Origin: an uncultured Clostridia bacterium | GTDB lineage: Bacteria; Bacillota; Clostridia; Oscillospirales; Oscillospiraceae | NCBI GenBank assembly: GCA_946531435.1 | Contig: CAMNAO010000004.1 | Coordinates: 6,786-70,785 of the forward strand | DNA: 64,000 nucleotides | Direction: 5' to 3' | Part shown: positions 1 through 8,062 of the stretch, in pieces | How positions within the stretch are numbered: position 1 is the stretch's first letter | Layout: each line of letters starts with the position of its first letter | The notes under the pieces: generated by a model | The model's input: only the letters and a program-made list of their open reading frames with translations | What the model was told of the DNA's origin: nothing | Database searches by the model: none | Made by a program: the position numbers and the translations under genes

Positions 1-1
1 C

Positions 2-565
2 TATGACCGGCTGATTGCCAACATGGATGAGTTTCACCGACGCGGCCTCATTTTCGGTGCCTCCGTCACCGTGACAACGGAGAATCTTCGGGAGGTCAGC
101 TCGGAGGCTTTTCTCAAAAAGCTCTCCGACCGGGGCTGCAAGCTCGTGATCTTTGTGGAGTTCGTGCCCGTGACTGAGCAGGCCAGGGAGCTTGCCCCCG
201 GAGATGAGGAGCGTGAGATTCTGCGCTCCGAGATCGCCCGTCTCCGCTTGGAGCATCCGGAAATGGTATACATCTCCTTCCCCGGGGACGAGAAGGAATC
301 CGGCGGCTGTGTGGCGGCCGGGCGCGGCTTCTTCCACATCAACTCCCACGGCGGCGCGGAGCCCTGCCCCTTCTCCCCCTATTCCGACGTGAATATCAAA
401 AACAGTTCCCTGCGGGAGGCCATGCACTCGCCGCTCTTCATCGCCCTGCGCAGCGGGGACATCCTGCTGGACGACCACGAGGGGGGCTGCGTTCTTTACG
501 AGAAGCGCGCGCAGGTGGAGGCTCTGCTGGCCGGTCGGTCCGATGCCTTCGACCCGATTCCGTGA
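2..565 (+). CDS. radical SAM-family protein, C-terminal part (5' end lies outside the window)
   Basis: The frame is open from nt 2 with no stop before the listed Met at 23, so the gene starts upstream of the window. The Cys/Gly-rich tail GGCVAAGRGFFHINSHGGAEPCPFSPYSD resembles auxiliary-cluster C-terminal regions of radical SAM maturases. Family recalled, not searched. Confidence 0.45.
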   Translation, partial: YDRLIANMDEFHRRGLIFGASVTVTTENLREVSSEAFLKKLSDRGCKLVIFVEFVPVTEQARELAPGDEEREILRSEIARLRLEHPEMVYISFPGDEKESGGCVAAGRGFFHINSHGGAEPCPFSPYSDVNIKNSSLREAMHSPLFIALRSGDILLDDHEGGCVLYEKRAQVEALLAGRSDAFDPIP

Positions 566-582
566 AGCGGTATTTGCATTAT

Positions 583-627
583 CAACAACAGCCATCGGCA
601 GATCACAAACGCCGATGGCTGTTGTTG
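583..627. terminator. strong hairpin between convergent units (17-bp perfect stem, 11-nt loop), no clear U-tract
   Basis: caacaacagccatcggc (583-599) pairs perfectly with gccgatggctgttgttg (611-627). It lies between the + strand radical SAM gene and the end of the minus-strand cluster. Confidence 0.4.
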
Positions 628-1064
628 CTTACACATATTCTTTTTCCTCTGCTCCTCCGTCCACCTGCAGACCGGCTGATGTATAGCCGGTGCGGAGTCT
701 GAAGGGGAAACGTTTGACTGCTTCTATCGCTGATTTTTGAGGGTACTGGTCAACGCGTCTCTGCCTGCAGCTCCTTTTTAAAGGCTTCAAATCGCTTCTC
801 ATCTGACAATGTTGCAAGCAGCCCCCATTACAAAGGCGTTGCCGACGCTCAGAAACATCGTTCCGAAGGCAGCCCCCAAGGCTGTGCCGGTACCGGCGGC
901 GGCACAAAGCAGGAACGCCGGAAGGGAGCCCAGAAGTGCATTGAACCATTTTGTCTTCTTCGGATAGGGCGTGAGGCTTTTGGCAAAAACCTGGAACTGA
1001 ACGCCGATCATCGGCAGCCAAAACAGCACCAGAAGCAGCTGAAGCGGCAGAATGAAGCTGGAAA

Positions 1065-2153
1065 TCAGCGGTTCGCACCTCCCACCGGGGTCTTCCTGTA
1101 TATGAGCTCTCCCGTCTCCAGATTCCTCCGGAACTGAACCATAAAGCTCCAGATGAGGTCGATCTGCTTCGGGGCCTGAATATGGGGCATACCGAGGATC
1201 TGCCCGAATCTGGCAACATTGTCTCCGTTGATATTTTTGTAGTCACCCAACAGAATGTAGCTGTCCTCAAAAGGGCCGCCCCAGGTCTCATGGAGATCCA
1301 GGCCCAGCTTCCTCTTAACGGCATCGTCGGTGGTCTTGGTTAGTTCCACCATCTCTTTCTGGGTCAGCGGCTTGTAGTCCTTGATTTTTGCCACGTGTTC
1401 CATATAGAAGTTGAAGGCGCTTGCGCACTCCTCCGTGTTCAGCGGCCAGTAGTCCCCTCCGTCCTCCGTTCCCCCGATACAAATGATGGGCATCATGAGA
1501 TCGAAGTTTTCCACATAGTGGGACTGCAGCTCAGCATAGGATGGGCCCCGGAAGCTGTTGGGTCCCGGAGTAGGTGCAATGCAGGCGATCTTGTCCGGGT
1601 GGAGCATGGCCAGGCGCTGGGTGGCGCCCTCCCCTCCGGAAAATCCAAAGACGTAAACCCGCTCATAGTCCACGGGATACTCCTTCTCCTTCAAAAAATC
1701 CAGGATCCGCAGAAACTCTCTCTCCACTCGGGGATTGCCGTGGCCCGAGGCCGAGGGGCACACGGTGATGCACTGACCCATACCGGTGAGATGACCGAAG
1801 CCGTAAAACTCAGCGCCGAAGTTGTTCTCTCCACCCCCGTGAAGGCAGTACACCAGCGGAAACCGCTCCCCATCGTTCTGCTCCATCGGGCTCAGGACGG
1901 AAAACCGCATCTGTTCTTCTGTCCTGGCTTCATCGAAGAGCTCTTTCTTGACACCCTGCGAACGCCAGTACTCCAGCACCTCGGGGTTCATCTGGTCGTC
2001 TCCGCTGCCGTCCGGGTCGTTTTCCAGGTAAAACCGGTGCAGCTCTGTAATGCTGCGCCCCAGCTTCGTCTTCGGGAATCCGACAGGATCATAGGTTCCC
2101 TTCGCCCAGGCGTTCTCCAGTCCCGTATTCAGAAAATGATACTCTTTCCTCAT
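1065..2153 (-). CDS. alpha/beta-hydrolase, PHB-depolymerase/LpqC-like esterase, single domain (paralog F)
   Basis: Has LHGGG, the nucleophile elbow GFSGG, and the C-terminal MPH...WSFMVQFRRNLETGE motif shared with five other hydrolases here. The ATG at 2153 follows GGAGAGAAGG; the ORF-track start at 2159 is a TTG. No signal peptide. Confidence 0.75.
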   Translation of the reverse strand: MRKEYHFLNTGLENAWAKGTYDPVGFPKTKLGRSITELHRFYLENDPDGSGDDQMNPEVLEYWRSQGVKKELFDEARTEEQMRFSVLSPMEQNDGERFPLVYCLHGGGENNFGAEFYGFGHLTGMGQCITVCPSASGHGNPRVEREFLRILDFLKEKEYPVDYERVYVFGFSGGEGATQRLAMLHPDKIACIAPTPGPNSFRGPSYAELQSHYVENFDLMMPIICIGGTEDGGDYWPLNTEECASAFNFYMEHVAKIKDYKPLTQKEMVELTKTTDDAVKRKLGLDLHETWGGPFEDSYILLGDYKNINGDNVARFGQILGMPHIQAPKQIDLIWSFMVQFRRNLETGELIYRKTPVGGANR

Positions 2154-2183
2154 GTTCAATCCTTCTCTCCGTCTGCGGTGTGG

Positions 2184-3497
2184 TCACTCCTTGGGCTCCT
2201 TATCCATAATCTTCTCCACAACACGGATGTGGTCGGAGAAGAAGCGCAGGGCCTTGGCGTTCAATAGAGAGTCCGTCAGCCCATCTTTTCCCCCGGCCCT
2301 GCGAATGGCCTCCTCTTCGGAAACTCTCGCCAGCGCCGCGTTCCGTTTCACACTGCTTTCAAGCTCCTGCTCGGAAATGCCAAGGCCGTATTTCCGGATC
2401 AAATGATCGATGGCAATGGAGCGACGGACATGCTTCTCCGCATTGGGGCGGCACATGTCCAGGAATTCGTCCATGGTCTTTCCCTCGTCCTTCAGCAGCT
2501 CCGCCACAGTCTTTCCCTTGCCCGCCGCGGCATTTCGCAGGGCATCCAGGTATTCGTTCAGAACGGTCTCCACCATCACGTCGGGAAGTCTGCAGGTCAC
2601 TGTGGCTTCCAGTGCATCCTCGACGTGCTTCTCAAACATCTCACCGCAATGCCGGTCGTGGCGGTCCTGAATCTCTTTTCGCAGCTTCTCCCGAAACTCC
2701 GCCACCGTGTTGACCCTGCTGTCATGGATCATCTCCCGGCAATATTCATCGGTGCACGCCACCTGTTCACGAGCCCAGACGCCCCTCAGGCGGACCTTGA
2801 GATCCAGAACAAAGCCCCGAATCGCCTCCCGATGAAAGTCCTCCGGCATTGTCAGCTTCAGTGCCAGCTCATCGCCCTTCCTGCGGCCCAGGAGTGCCTC
2901 GTCCAATCCTGCGAAGAGCTGTCCGCTGCCCATGGGAAAGCGGCATTTGTCGGAGTGGTCATACTCAAACCGTTCACCCTGGTGGGTACCCGAGAAGCTG
3001 ATTTCAACGATGTCACCCATCCGGGCCTCCCGGTCGACCTCGTGGACCCACAGATGCTTGCGCATGTAGTCCTCGAGCGCTTCATCCACCTCGGCATCCG
3101 TCGTCACGACCACAGGCTTTTCCACGGTGATGCCCTCAATGCCGAAGGCCGGAAGATCGGGAAAGGTAGTAAACGACGCTTCAAAGCAGAATCCCTCAAG
3201 ATCCCCTCCGCGCACCACTGCGGAGGGTGGAGAGATGGGCGCCAGCCCCTTTTCCGCACAGGCCCGAAGCAGCAGTGCGTCCACCGCTTCTTTCCCGGCG
3301 GTTTTAATCAGCTCTCTGCCGAAAAAATCGGCGGCGGCTTCTATCGGTGCCCCGCCCGCGGGATAGCCGGGAACGGGCTTTTGCCGCTGCAGCGCATCGG
3401 CCGCTCCGGCAAGGAAGGTCCGCCATTCCTCGCCCTCCGTCGTCACCTTCATCGTCACCCGAAAACCATTATCTATTTGAAGGCTTATTAGTTCCAT
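2184..3497 (-). CDS. trigger-factor-like chaperone / FKBP-type PPIase paralog
   Basis: Collinear with trigger factor: N-domain, FKBP-like middle (MGDIVEISFSGTHQGERFEYDHSD...GSGQLFAGLDEALLG), helical C-arm. RBS GAGGAG lies 6 nt upstream. The ribosome-docking signature GFRxGxxP reads GYPAGGAP. Confidence 0.8.
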   Translation of the reverse strand: MELISLQIDNGFRVTMKVTTEGEEWRTFLAGAADALQRQKPVPGYPAGGAPIEAAADFFGRELIKTAGKEAVDALLLRACAEKGLAPISPPSAVVRGGDLEGFCFEASFTTFPDLPAFGIEGITVEKPVVVTTDAEVDEALEDYMRKHLWVHEVDREARMGDIVEISFSGTHQGERFEYDHSDKCRFPMGSGQLFAGLDEALLGRRKGDELALKLTMPEDFHREAIRGFVLDLKVRLRGVWAREQVACTDEYCREMIHDSRVNTVAEFREKLRKEIQDRHDRHCGEMFEKHVEDALEATVTCRLPDVMVETVLNEYLDALRNAAAGKGKTVAELLKDEGKTMDEFLDMCRPNAEKHVRRSIAIDHLIRKYGLGISEQELESSVKRNAALARVSEEEAIRRAGGKDGLTDSLLNAKALRFFSDHIRVVEKIMDKEPKE

Positions 3498-3693
3498 AGA
3501 ATCTCCTCATTTCTATCCTTCGGATACGGCCTGCGGCGCGGAAAAAGCCGGCCGCAGCGGGACCCCCCTATACGGCCGACTTTCCTGATACAGTGCTTCG
3601 TTCCGCAAGCTCCCTTGTCGGTCCCCACGCTCGGGCGGCCGGGTTCTTCCCCTTCTTCTCCGCCGGATCGGCGCCCCGTATTCCCTTTCATAC

Positions 3694-3722
3694 AGGGTAC
3701 ACGATAGCGCAGGTCCTGTCAA
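3694..3722 (-). promoter_or_regulatory. candidate sigma-A promoter (TTGACA-17 nt-TACCCT) ahead of a leader of about 190 nt for the trigger-factor-like gene
   Basis: On the minus strand, TTGACA sits at 3722-3717, followed by a 17-nt spacer and TACCCT at 3699-3694. It lies in a 280-nt non-coding gap inside an otherwise tightly packed cluster. Confidence 0.35.
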
Positions 3723-3777
3723 GCCGGGTCTGCAGGCGTGGGGAGGCGTCTCTCCTGACTGCCAGCGCGTCTGACAT

Positions 3778-5214
3778 TTATTTATAGAGAATCTTATCGA
3801 ACAGCTCGTTCATATGACGGCTGATCCTGCCGTCCAGGTCGTCCGGATGGGTGGTGGAGCTGTAAAAGGTAAAGGTGTCGTGGTCCTTGGCGTTGTTGCT
3901 GAGAAGATAGCCGCCGTTGAACATGGCATCACCGTGGCAGTGGGAAATGACCACCGTCTTTTTGAAGGGGGACTCCTCCTTCATCCTCCACCCGATCTCC
4001 GTATAGGGTTCCCCGGATACGCCGACCCAGGCCACGTCGCCGAAAACGGCGACCTGCATGTGCAGAGGCGATACGCCGTCCGGGTCATAGACCATGGTGC
4101 CCCGGGTCTCCTTCGGCGGCGTCCGGCCGTTCACCAGCAGCTCCGGATACCTTCGGTTGCAAAGATTGTCGGTAATGGACCAGTCCAGGGCGAAATTCGT
4201 ACCCACGTACTTGTGCCGCGGAAGGTTCAGGATATCACCCTCCGTCCTGATCTCAAAGCTGTCCTCGTACTCGGTGATGCTGTTCAAGGTACGGATGGTG
4301 TCGATGCCGTGCTCGCAGCCCAGGGTCATCATATTCTGATAGGCAAAACCAAAGGGCGGGTCAATGGGCTCGTTATAGCCGTCCAGCTCGTACTTGCGCA
4401 GATAGCCCATGGTACAGACGGGGTTGGTATCACCGGAGCTGCCGTTGGTCCAAAGGCAGACGCAGTCATTGCCGAACCTCTTCTCAACATATTCGCTGGA
4501 GACCCCGGGGAAATCCGGAGCGACCTTGTAGCAGCCGTCCACATCCGGGACCTCCGGGCGCAGACTGGTGGGATGGCAGCCGTAGTTTGTGACGGCGGCA
4601 ATCAGCTTGCCCTCCATATCCACAAACTTCATCACCGCCAGGGTCCTGTCCACGGGACCGCGGAAGTTACAACCCTCCATCCAGTGCCCGTCCTCAAACT
4701 GTACGTCACGATTGACGTTGATGTAGCTGTCACCCTCGGCAAACCCGAACTTTGCAGGCTGCAGGCGGGAGATCGCCAGCTCAATGCCCCCGATGACGGC
4801 GGGATGGACCACCTGGTTATAGTAATCGAACTGCAGGGCGTTGGTGGGATTGCGTCCCCATTTGATATGGGTGGAGTGGTTGTGCGTCCACACGCCGAGA
4901 ATATTCTCCGGCGGGATCCCGAAGGTTTCATGAATCTCATTCTTGAATTCGTCGTCCAGGCTCGGCCCTGAATCCAGGTTCAAAAACAGGAATTTCTTCT
5001 TCCCGTCGTCGATCACCACGATGCGGGTGTAGATATCCATGAAGATCCCCACCGTCTTGTAGGGAACCGGCTTCCAGGGAATCGACGGATAGCCGTGAAG
5101 GCCGGTCGTCGGTTTTTCCTTCGGTTGCATTTCCGCTTTGTAGTCCTCCAGCGGGAACATCTCCGCAGGGGGGTTGATGCACATTTTGGCCGCGCCGACT
5201 CTGATTTTTCCCAT
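3778..5214 (-). CDS. neutral/alkaline ceramidase-like amidohydrolase (paralog P1)
   Basis: N-terminus MGKIRVGAAKMCINPP, with His motifs WTHNHS and NYGCHPT plus GSSGD, typical of bacterial neutral-ceramidase N-domain proteins (recalled). RBS GAAGGAGG. No signal peptide. Confidence 0.6.
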   Translation of the reverse strand: MGKIRVGAAKMCINPPAEMFPLEDYKAEMQPKEKPTTGLHGYPSIPWKPVPYKTVGIFMDIYTRIVVIDDGKKKFLFLNLDSGPSLDDEFKNEIHETFGIPPENILGVWTHNHSTHIKWGRNPTNALQFDYYNQVVHPAVIGGIELAISRLQPAKFGFAEGDSYINVNRDVQFEDGHWMEGCNFRGPVDRTLAVMKFVDMEGKLIAAVTNYGCHPTSLRPEVPDVDGCYKVAPDFPGVSSEYVEKRFGNDCVCLWTNGSSGDTNPVCTMGYLRKYELDGYNEPIDPPFGFAYQNMMTLGCEHGIDTIRTLNSITEYEDSFEIRTEGDILNLPRHKYVGTNFALDWSITDNLCNRRYPELLVNGRTPPKETRGTMVYDPDGVSPLHMQVAVFGDVAWVGVSGEPYTEIGWRMKEESPFKKTVVISHCHGDAMFNGGYLLSNNAKDHDTFTFYSSTTHPDDLDGRISRHMNELFDKILYK

Positions 5215-5289
5215 AGGTTCCTCCTTCTTTCACTCTGATCCTTGTCAGTTTTTCTCCGGGAAGGGATCCAAGAGGATCCCTTCTATCGG

Positions 5290-6261
5290 TTAAGGCCGCG
5301 GAAAAATCTTTCCCAGCTCTCCGCAGAAATCGTCGGGGAGCTTCAGCTCCGCAGCGCGAAGAGAGGACTGCAGCTGCTCCACGGTCCTGGGCCCGGAGAG
5401 GACCGCTGAAACCGCGGGATTCCGGAGCACCCAGGCCAGGGCGACGTTGGATTCGCTCTCCCCCAACTGGCCGCAAAGCTCATGATACTTGGTAAGCCTG
5501 GCCCGCTCCGCATCGGACAGCCTGCCGGAGAACTTTTGGGATCTGCCTCCCTGGGCGATGGTGCCGAAGATGCTGCCGGAGAGCATGCCGCCTGAAAGAG
5601 GGCTGTGGACAATGACGCCGATGCCCTTCTCCTTACAGAGGGGAAGCACATCCTTCTCCGCCTCCCTGGCCAGCAGGCTGTAGCGATGCTCCTCCGTAAC
5701 CAGTCCCAGGATCTGCTTTCTGTCCGCGGTGGCCTGGGCGTCGGAAATATTCTCTGCGGTAAAGTTGGAGGAGCCGACGTAGTCGAATTTCCCCCGATAG
5801 AACTCCCGGTACAGCGCCTCCCAGGCCTCGGTCCAGGTGCAGTTGGGGTCGTAACCGTGCAGATACAGGATCTCGACCCTGTCGGTCTGAAGGCGTCTCA
5901 GGCATGCGTCCAGATGACGGCGGATTTTATAGGTGGAATACCCCATCACATCATTGGGCCCGTCATTGGGATCATTCATGGCGTTGAAAATCTTGGTGGC
6001 CAGGACGGTCTTCTCCCGGCGGCCGCCGCCAAGGGCAAACCATCTGCCGATGATCTCCTCGGTCAGTCCCTTCCGGTTGAAGCCGGTGTCCGGCCGAAAG
6101 CCGTACATGTTGGCGGTGTCAAAGAAGTTGATGCCCGCCTCCAGGGCCGCGTCCATGATGCGGCAGGCCTCCTTCTCATCGGTGGTGGGTCCGAAATTCA
6201 TGGTGCCGAGGGCGACCCGGCTGATTTTCATACCCGTACGGCCAAGATAAGTATATTCCAT
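5290..6261 (-). CDS. aldo/keto reductase
   Basis: MEYTYLGRTGMKISRVALGTMNFG is a typical AKR N-terminus. Its ATG overlaps the TGA of the upstream hydrolase by 1 nt (TGATG), suggesting translational coupling. The ORF-track start at 6264 is a TTG. Confidence 0.9.
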   Translation of the reverse strand: MEYTYLGRTGMKISRVALGTMNFGPTTDEKEACRIMDAALEAGINFFDTANMYGFRPDTGFNRKGLTEEIIGRWFALGGGRREKTVLATKIFNAMNDPNDGPNDVMGYSTYKIRRHLDACLRRLQTDRVEILYLHGYDPNCTWTEAWEALYREFYRGKFDYVGSSNFTAENISDAQATADRKQILGLVTEEHRYSLLAREAEKDVLPLCKEKGIGVIVHSPLSGGMLSGSIFGTIAQGGRSQKFSGRLSDAERARLTKYHELCGQLGESESNVALAWVLRNPAVSAVLSGPRTVEQLQSSLRAAELKLPDDFCGELGKIFPRP

Positions 6262-8006
6262 CAATAAAGCTCCTCAATTTTATGCGTCTGGGGATCTCTG
6301 CGGAAGCGTCGCAGGAAATCCCAGGAGAGTGTGCACATCTTCGCCGTCACCGTATGGGGCATGTTCTGCTGCCGGATCAGCCGGACGTGCTTCTTCCCGT
6401 CCACATTGACAAAGTCGCAGATATAGTGCTCGATCCCGTCCGCCCACAGGGTACGGAATTCATCGGCGGCCACGCAGGTGGTCCTCTGCGTGTAATCCTC
6501 GCTGTCAAAGGCCGCCAGGATCTCCTCCTCACTCTTCACCGGCAGGCGGTAATTGCGCATCATCTGCTGCCACTGGGGCACCCAGCGATTCCGCTTGTCC
6601 TCCTCGTTCTTGGGGAAGCCGGATTCACAGAGGCCGGTGATGCAGACCGTGGGCACGTCATAGTTCGCGATGTTGTAGTCCTTTGTGTAATCCGGCCGGG
6701 CGTTCATCCCTCCGGAGACGTAACTGAAGCCCAGGAGGGCGACGGCGGCCGGGAAGTCGGGGTTCCGGTCCGCCATGGCGAAGGAGAAGTATCCGTCATG
6801 GCTGTGGCCCGTCAGGTAGACGCGGCTGAGATCAAAGCAGAACTCCTCGGCATTGTTTTTCACGATGTCGATGGCCCGGTCATTGCTGACCACGTCCTCA
6901 AGGACGAAGAACACCAGCGCGCATTCGCCCTGGGCCGCAATATCCAGCCACTCTCCCAGGTAGCTGTGGGCCGTCACCGCCAGATGCTCGTTGCCCTCGT
7001 AGACCTCCTGAAGCACCAGGACCACGGGAAGCTTCGTCCTTTCCTCATATTGCTGGCGGGGGCAGGCGATGATATACCTCTCGCCCAGCTCATTGAAACG
7101 GATGGCGTAGATGAGCCCCTTTTTGCGCATCTCCTCCTGGAAGGCCGGGTCATTCACGGTGTCATATTTGTATTCCAGCATAAGGCCGTCCACCATATGC
7201 TTTCCCACCTCGGAATGGACGAACCATTCCCGGTCAAACCGTCCCTCGTTCATCCCGTAGGTCATGACCAGGCCGCGGCCCAGGCTGTCACAGTTGCCCC
7301 AGCGCCCCCGGATGTTAAGGACCGGCAGCTTCAGATCCCCGAAGTACTCGATGAGGCTGTCGGGGTCCACCGGATTGCCCGCCTCATCCTTGAACGCAAG
7401 GCCGGGAACCGAGGAAAGAGGCCCCTCCTCCAGCTGGGCGGAAACGTCCATATACATATGGGGGATATCACAGGGGAAGAGGATGGAGAACTCCTGGATG
7501 ATATTAAAGTAGATCATATCATAGCAGGGGAACTGGTCCACCAGAATCACCAGAATAAAATCCATGCTGCGCTTCAGCATCTCCACCTTGTCCCAGTGGC
7601 GCTTGAGGGCCCGCATCGTCCAGCGGGGATCCTTCTCATCCTCGCAGCCGAAATACATGTAGACAGGGAGCTTTTTCCACTCGTCGATGGCCTTCTGGGG
7701 GCAGAGGCAGATCCAACAGTGCTCCGGTATGTCGCCGGTTCCACCCTGGCCGGTGCATAAATAGTGAAGTCCGGCCGCATTGAGCTCCGCCACAATGCCG
7801 GGATCGTCGATTCCGTGGGTCTTATGGCGATAGAGCGGGTGCTGATGCAGGTCACCGCTGTATGCGTAGGTCGGCTCGTAATCGCTGGGCTGGACCTTCG
7901 CGTTCTCCTGCATATGCCGGATGAGATGGCCCAGGGGGGCCACACGGTCCTTCCAGTACTCGGTCTGCCAGAGCTCAATGTTGGGATAGCTGTAGTATTT
8001 GTTCAT
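6261..8006 (-). CDS. tandem pseudo-esterase + esterase alpha/beta-hydrolase (paralog A)
   Basis: Start MNKYYSYPNIELW follows GGGAGG. The C-terminal half has FDLSRVYLTGHSHDG (nucleophile elbow) and NMPH...WDFLRRFRRDP. The N-terminal half aligns to it, but the elbow reads CDIPHMYMDVS. No signal peptide. Confidence 0.75.
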   Translation of the reverse strand: MNKYYSYPNIELWQTEYWKDRVAPLGHLIRHMQENAKVQPSDYEPTYAYSGDLHQHPLYRHKTHGIDDPGIVAELNAAGLHYLCTGQGGTGDIPEHCWICLCPQKAIDEWKKLPVYMYFGCEDEKDPRWTMRALKRHWDKVEMLKRSMDFILVILVDQFPCYDMIYFNIIQEFSILFPCDIPHMYMDVSAQLEEGPLSSVPGLAFKDEAGNPVDPDSLIEYFGDLKLPVLNIRGRWGNCDSLGRGLVMTYGMNEGRFDREWFVHSEVGKHMVDGLMLEYKYDTVNDPAFQEEMRKKGLIYAIRFNELGERYIIACPRQQYEERTKLPVVLVLQEVYEGNEHLAVTAHSYLGEWLDIAAQGECALVFFVLEDVVSNDRAIDIVKNNAEEFCFDLSRVYLTGHSHDGYFSFAMADRNPDFPAAVALLGFSYVSGGMNARPDYTKDYNIANYDVPTVCITGLCESGFPKNEEDKRNRWVPQWQQMMRNYRLPVKSEEEILAAFDSEDYTQRTTCVAADEFRTLWADGIEHYICDFVNVDGKKHVRLIRQQNMPHTVTAKMCTLSWDFLRRFRRDPQTHKIEELY

Positions 8007-8062
8007 AAAAACCTCCCTGTTTATCAGAATCATTCTGTCCGGTTCCCGGTTTTTACGGGTCC

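Noticed and set aside
799-1029. 76-aa hydrophobic ORF as a stand-alone small membrane protein gene.
   Set aside because: It has a GTG start without any Shine-Dalgarno sequence and no internal ATG with an RBS. It is kept only as a low-interest observation, not as a feature.
3488-3722. Small Arg-rich ORFs (3488-3691 and 3513-3722 on the minus strand, 3593-3787 on the plus strand) in the gap upstream of the trigger-factor-like gene.
   Set aside because: No RBS and highly biased composition (RRRRGR, PSVGTD). They overlap the predicted promoter and leader, so the region is more consistent with non-coding regulatory RNA.
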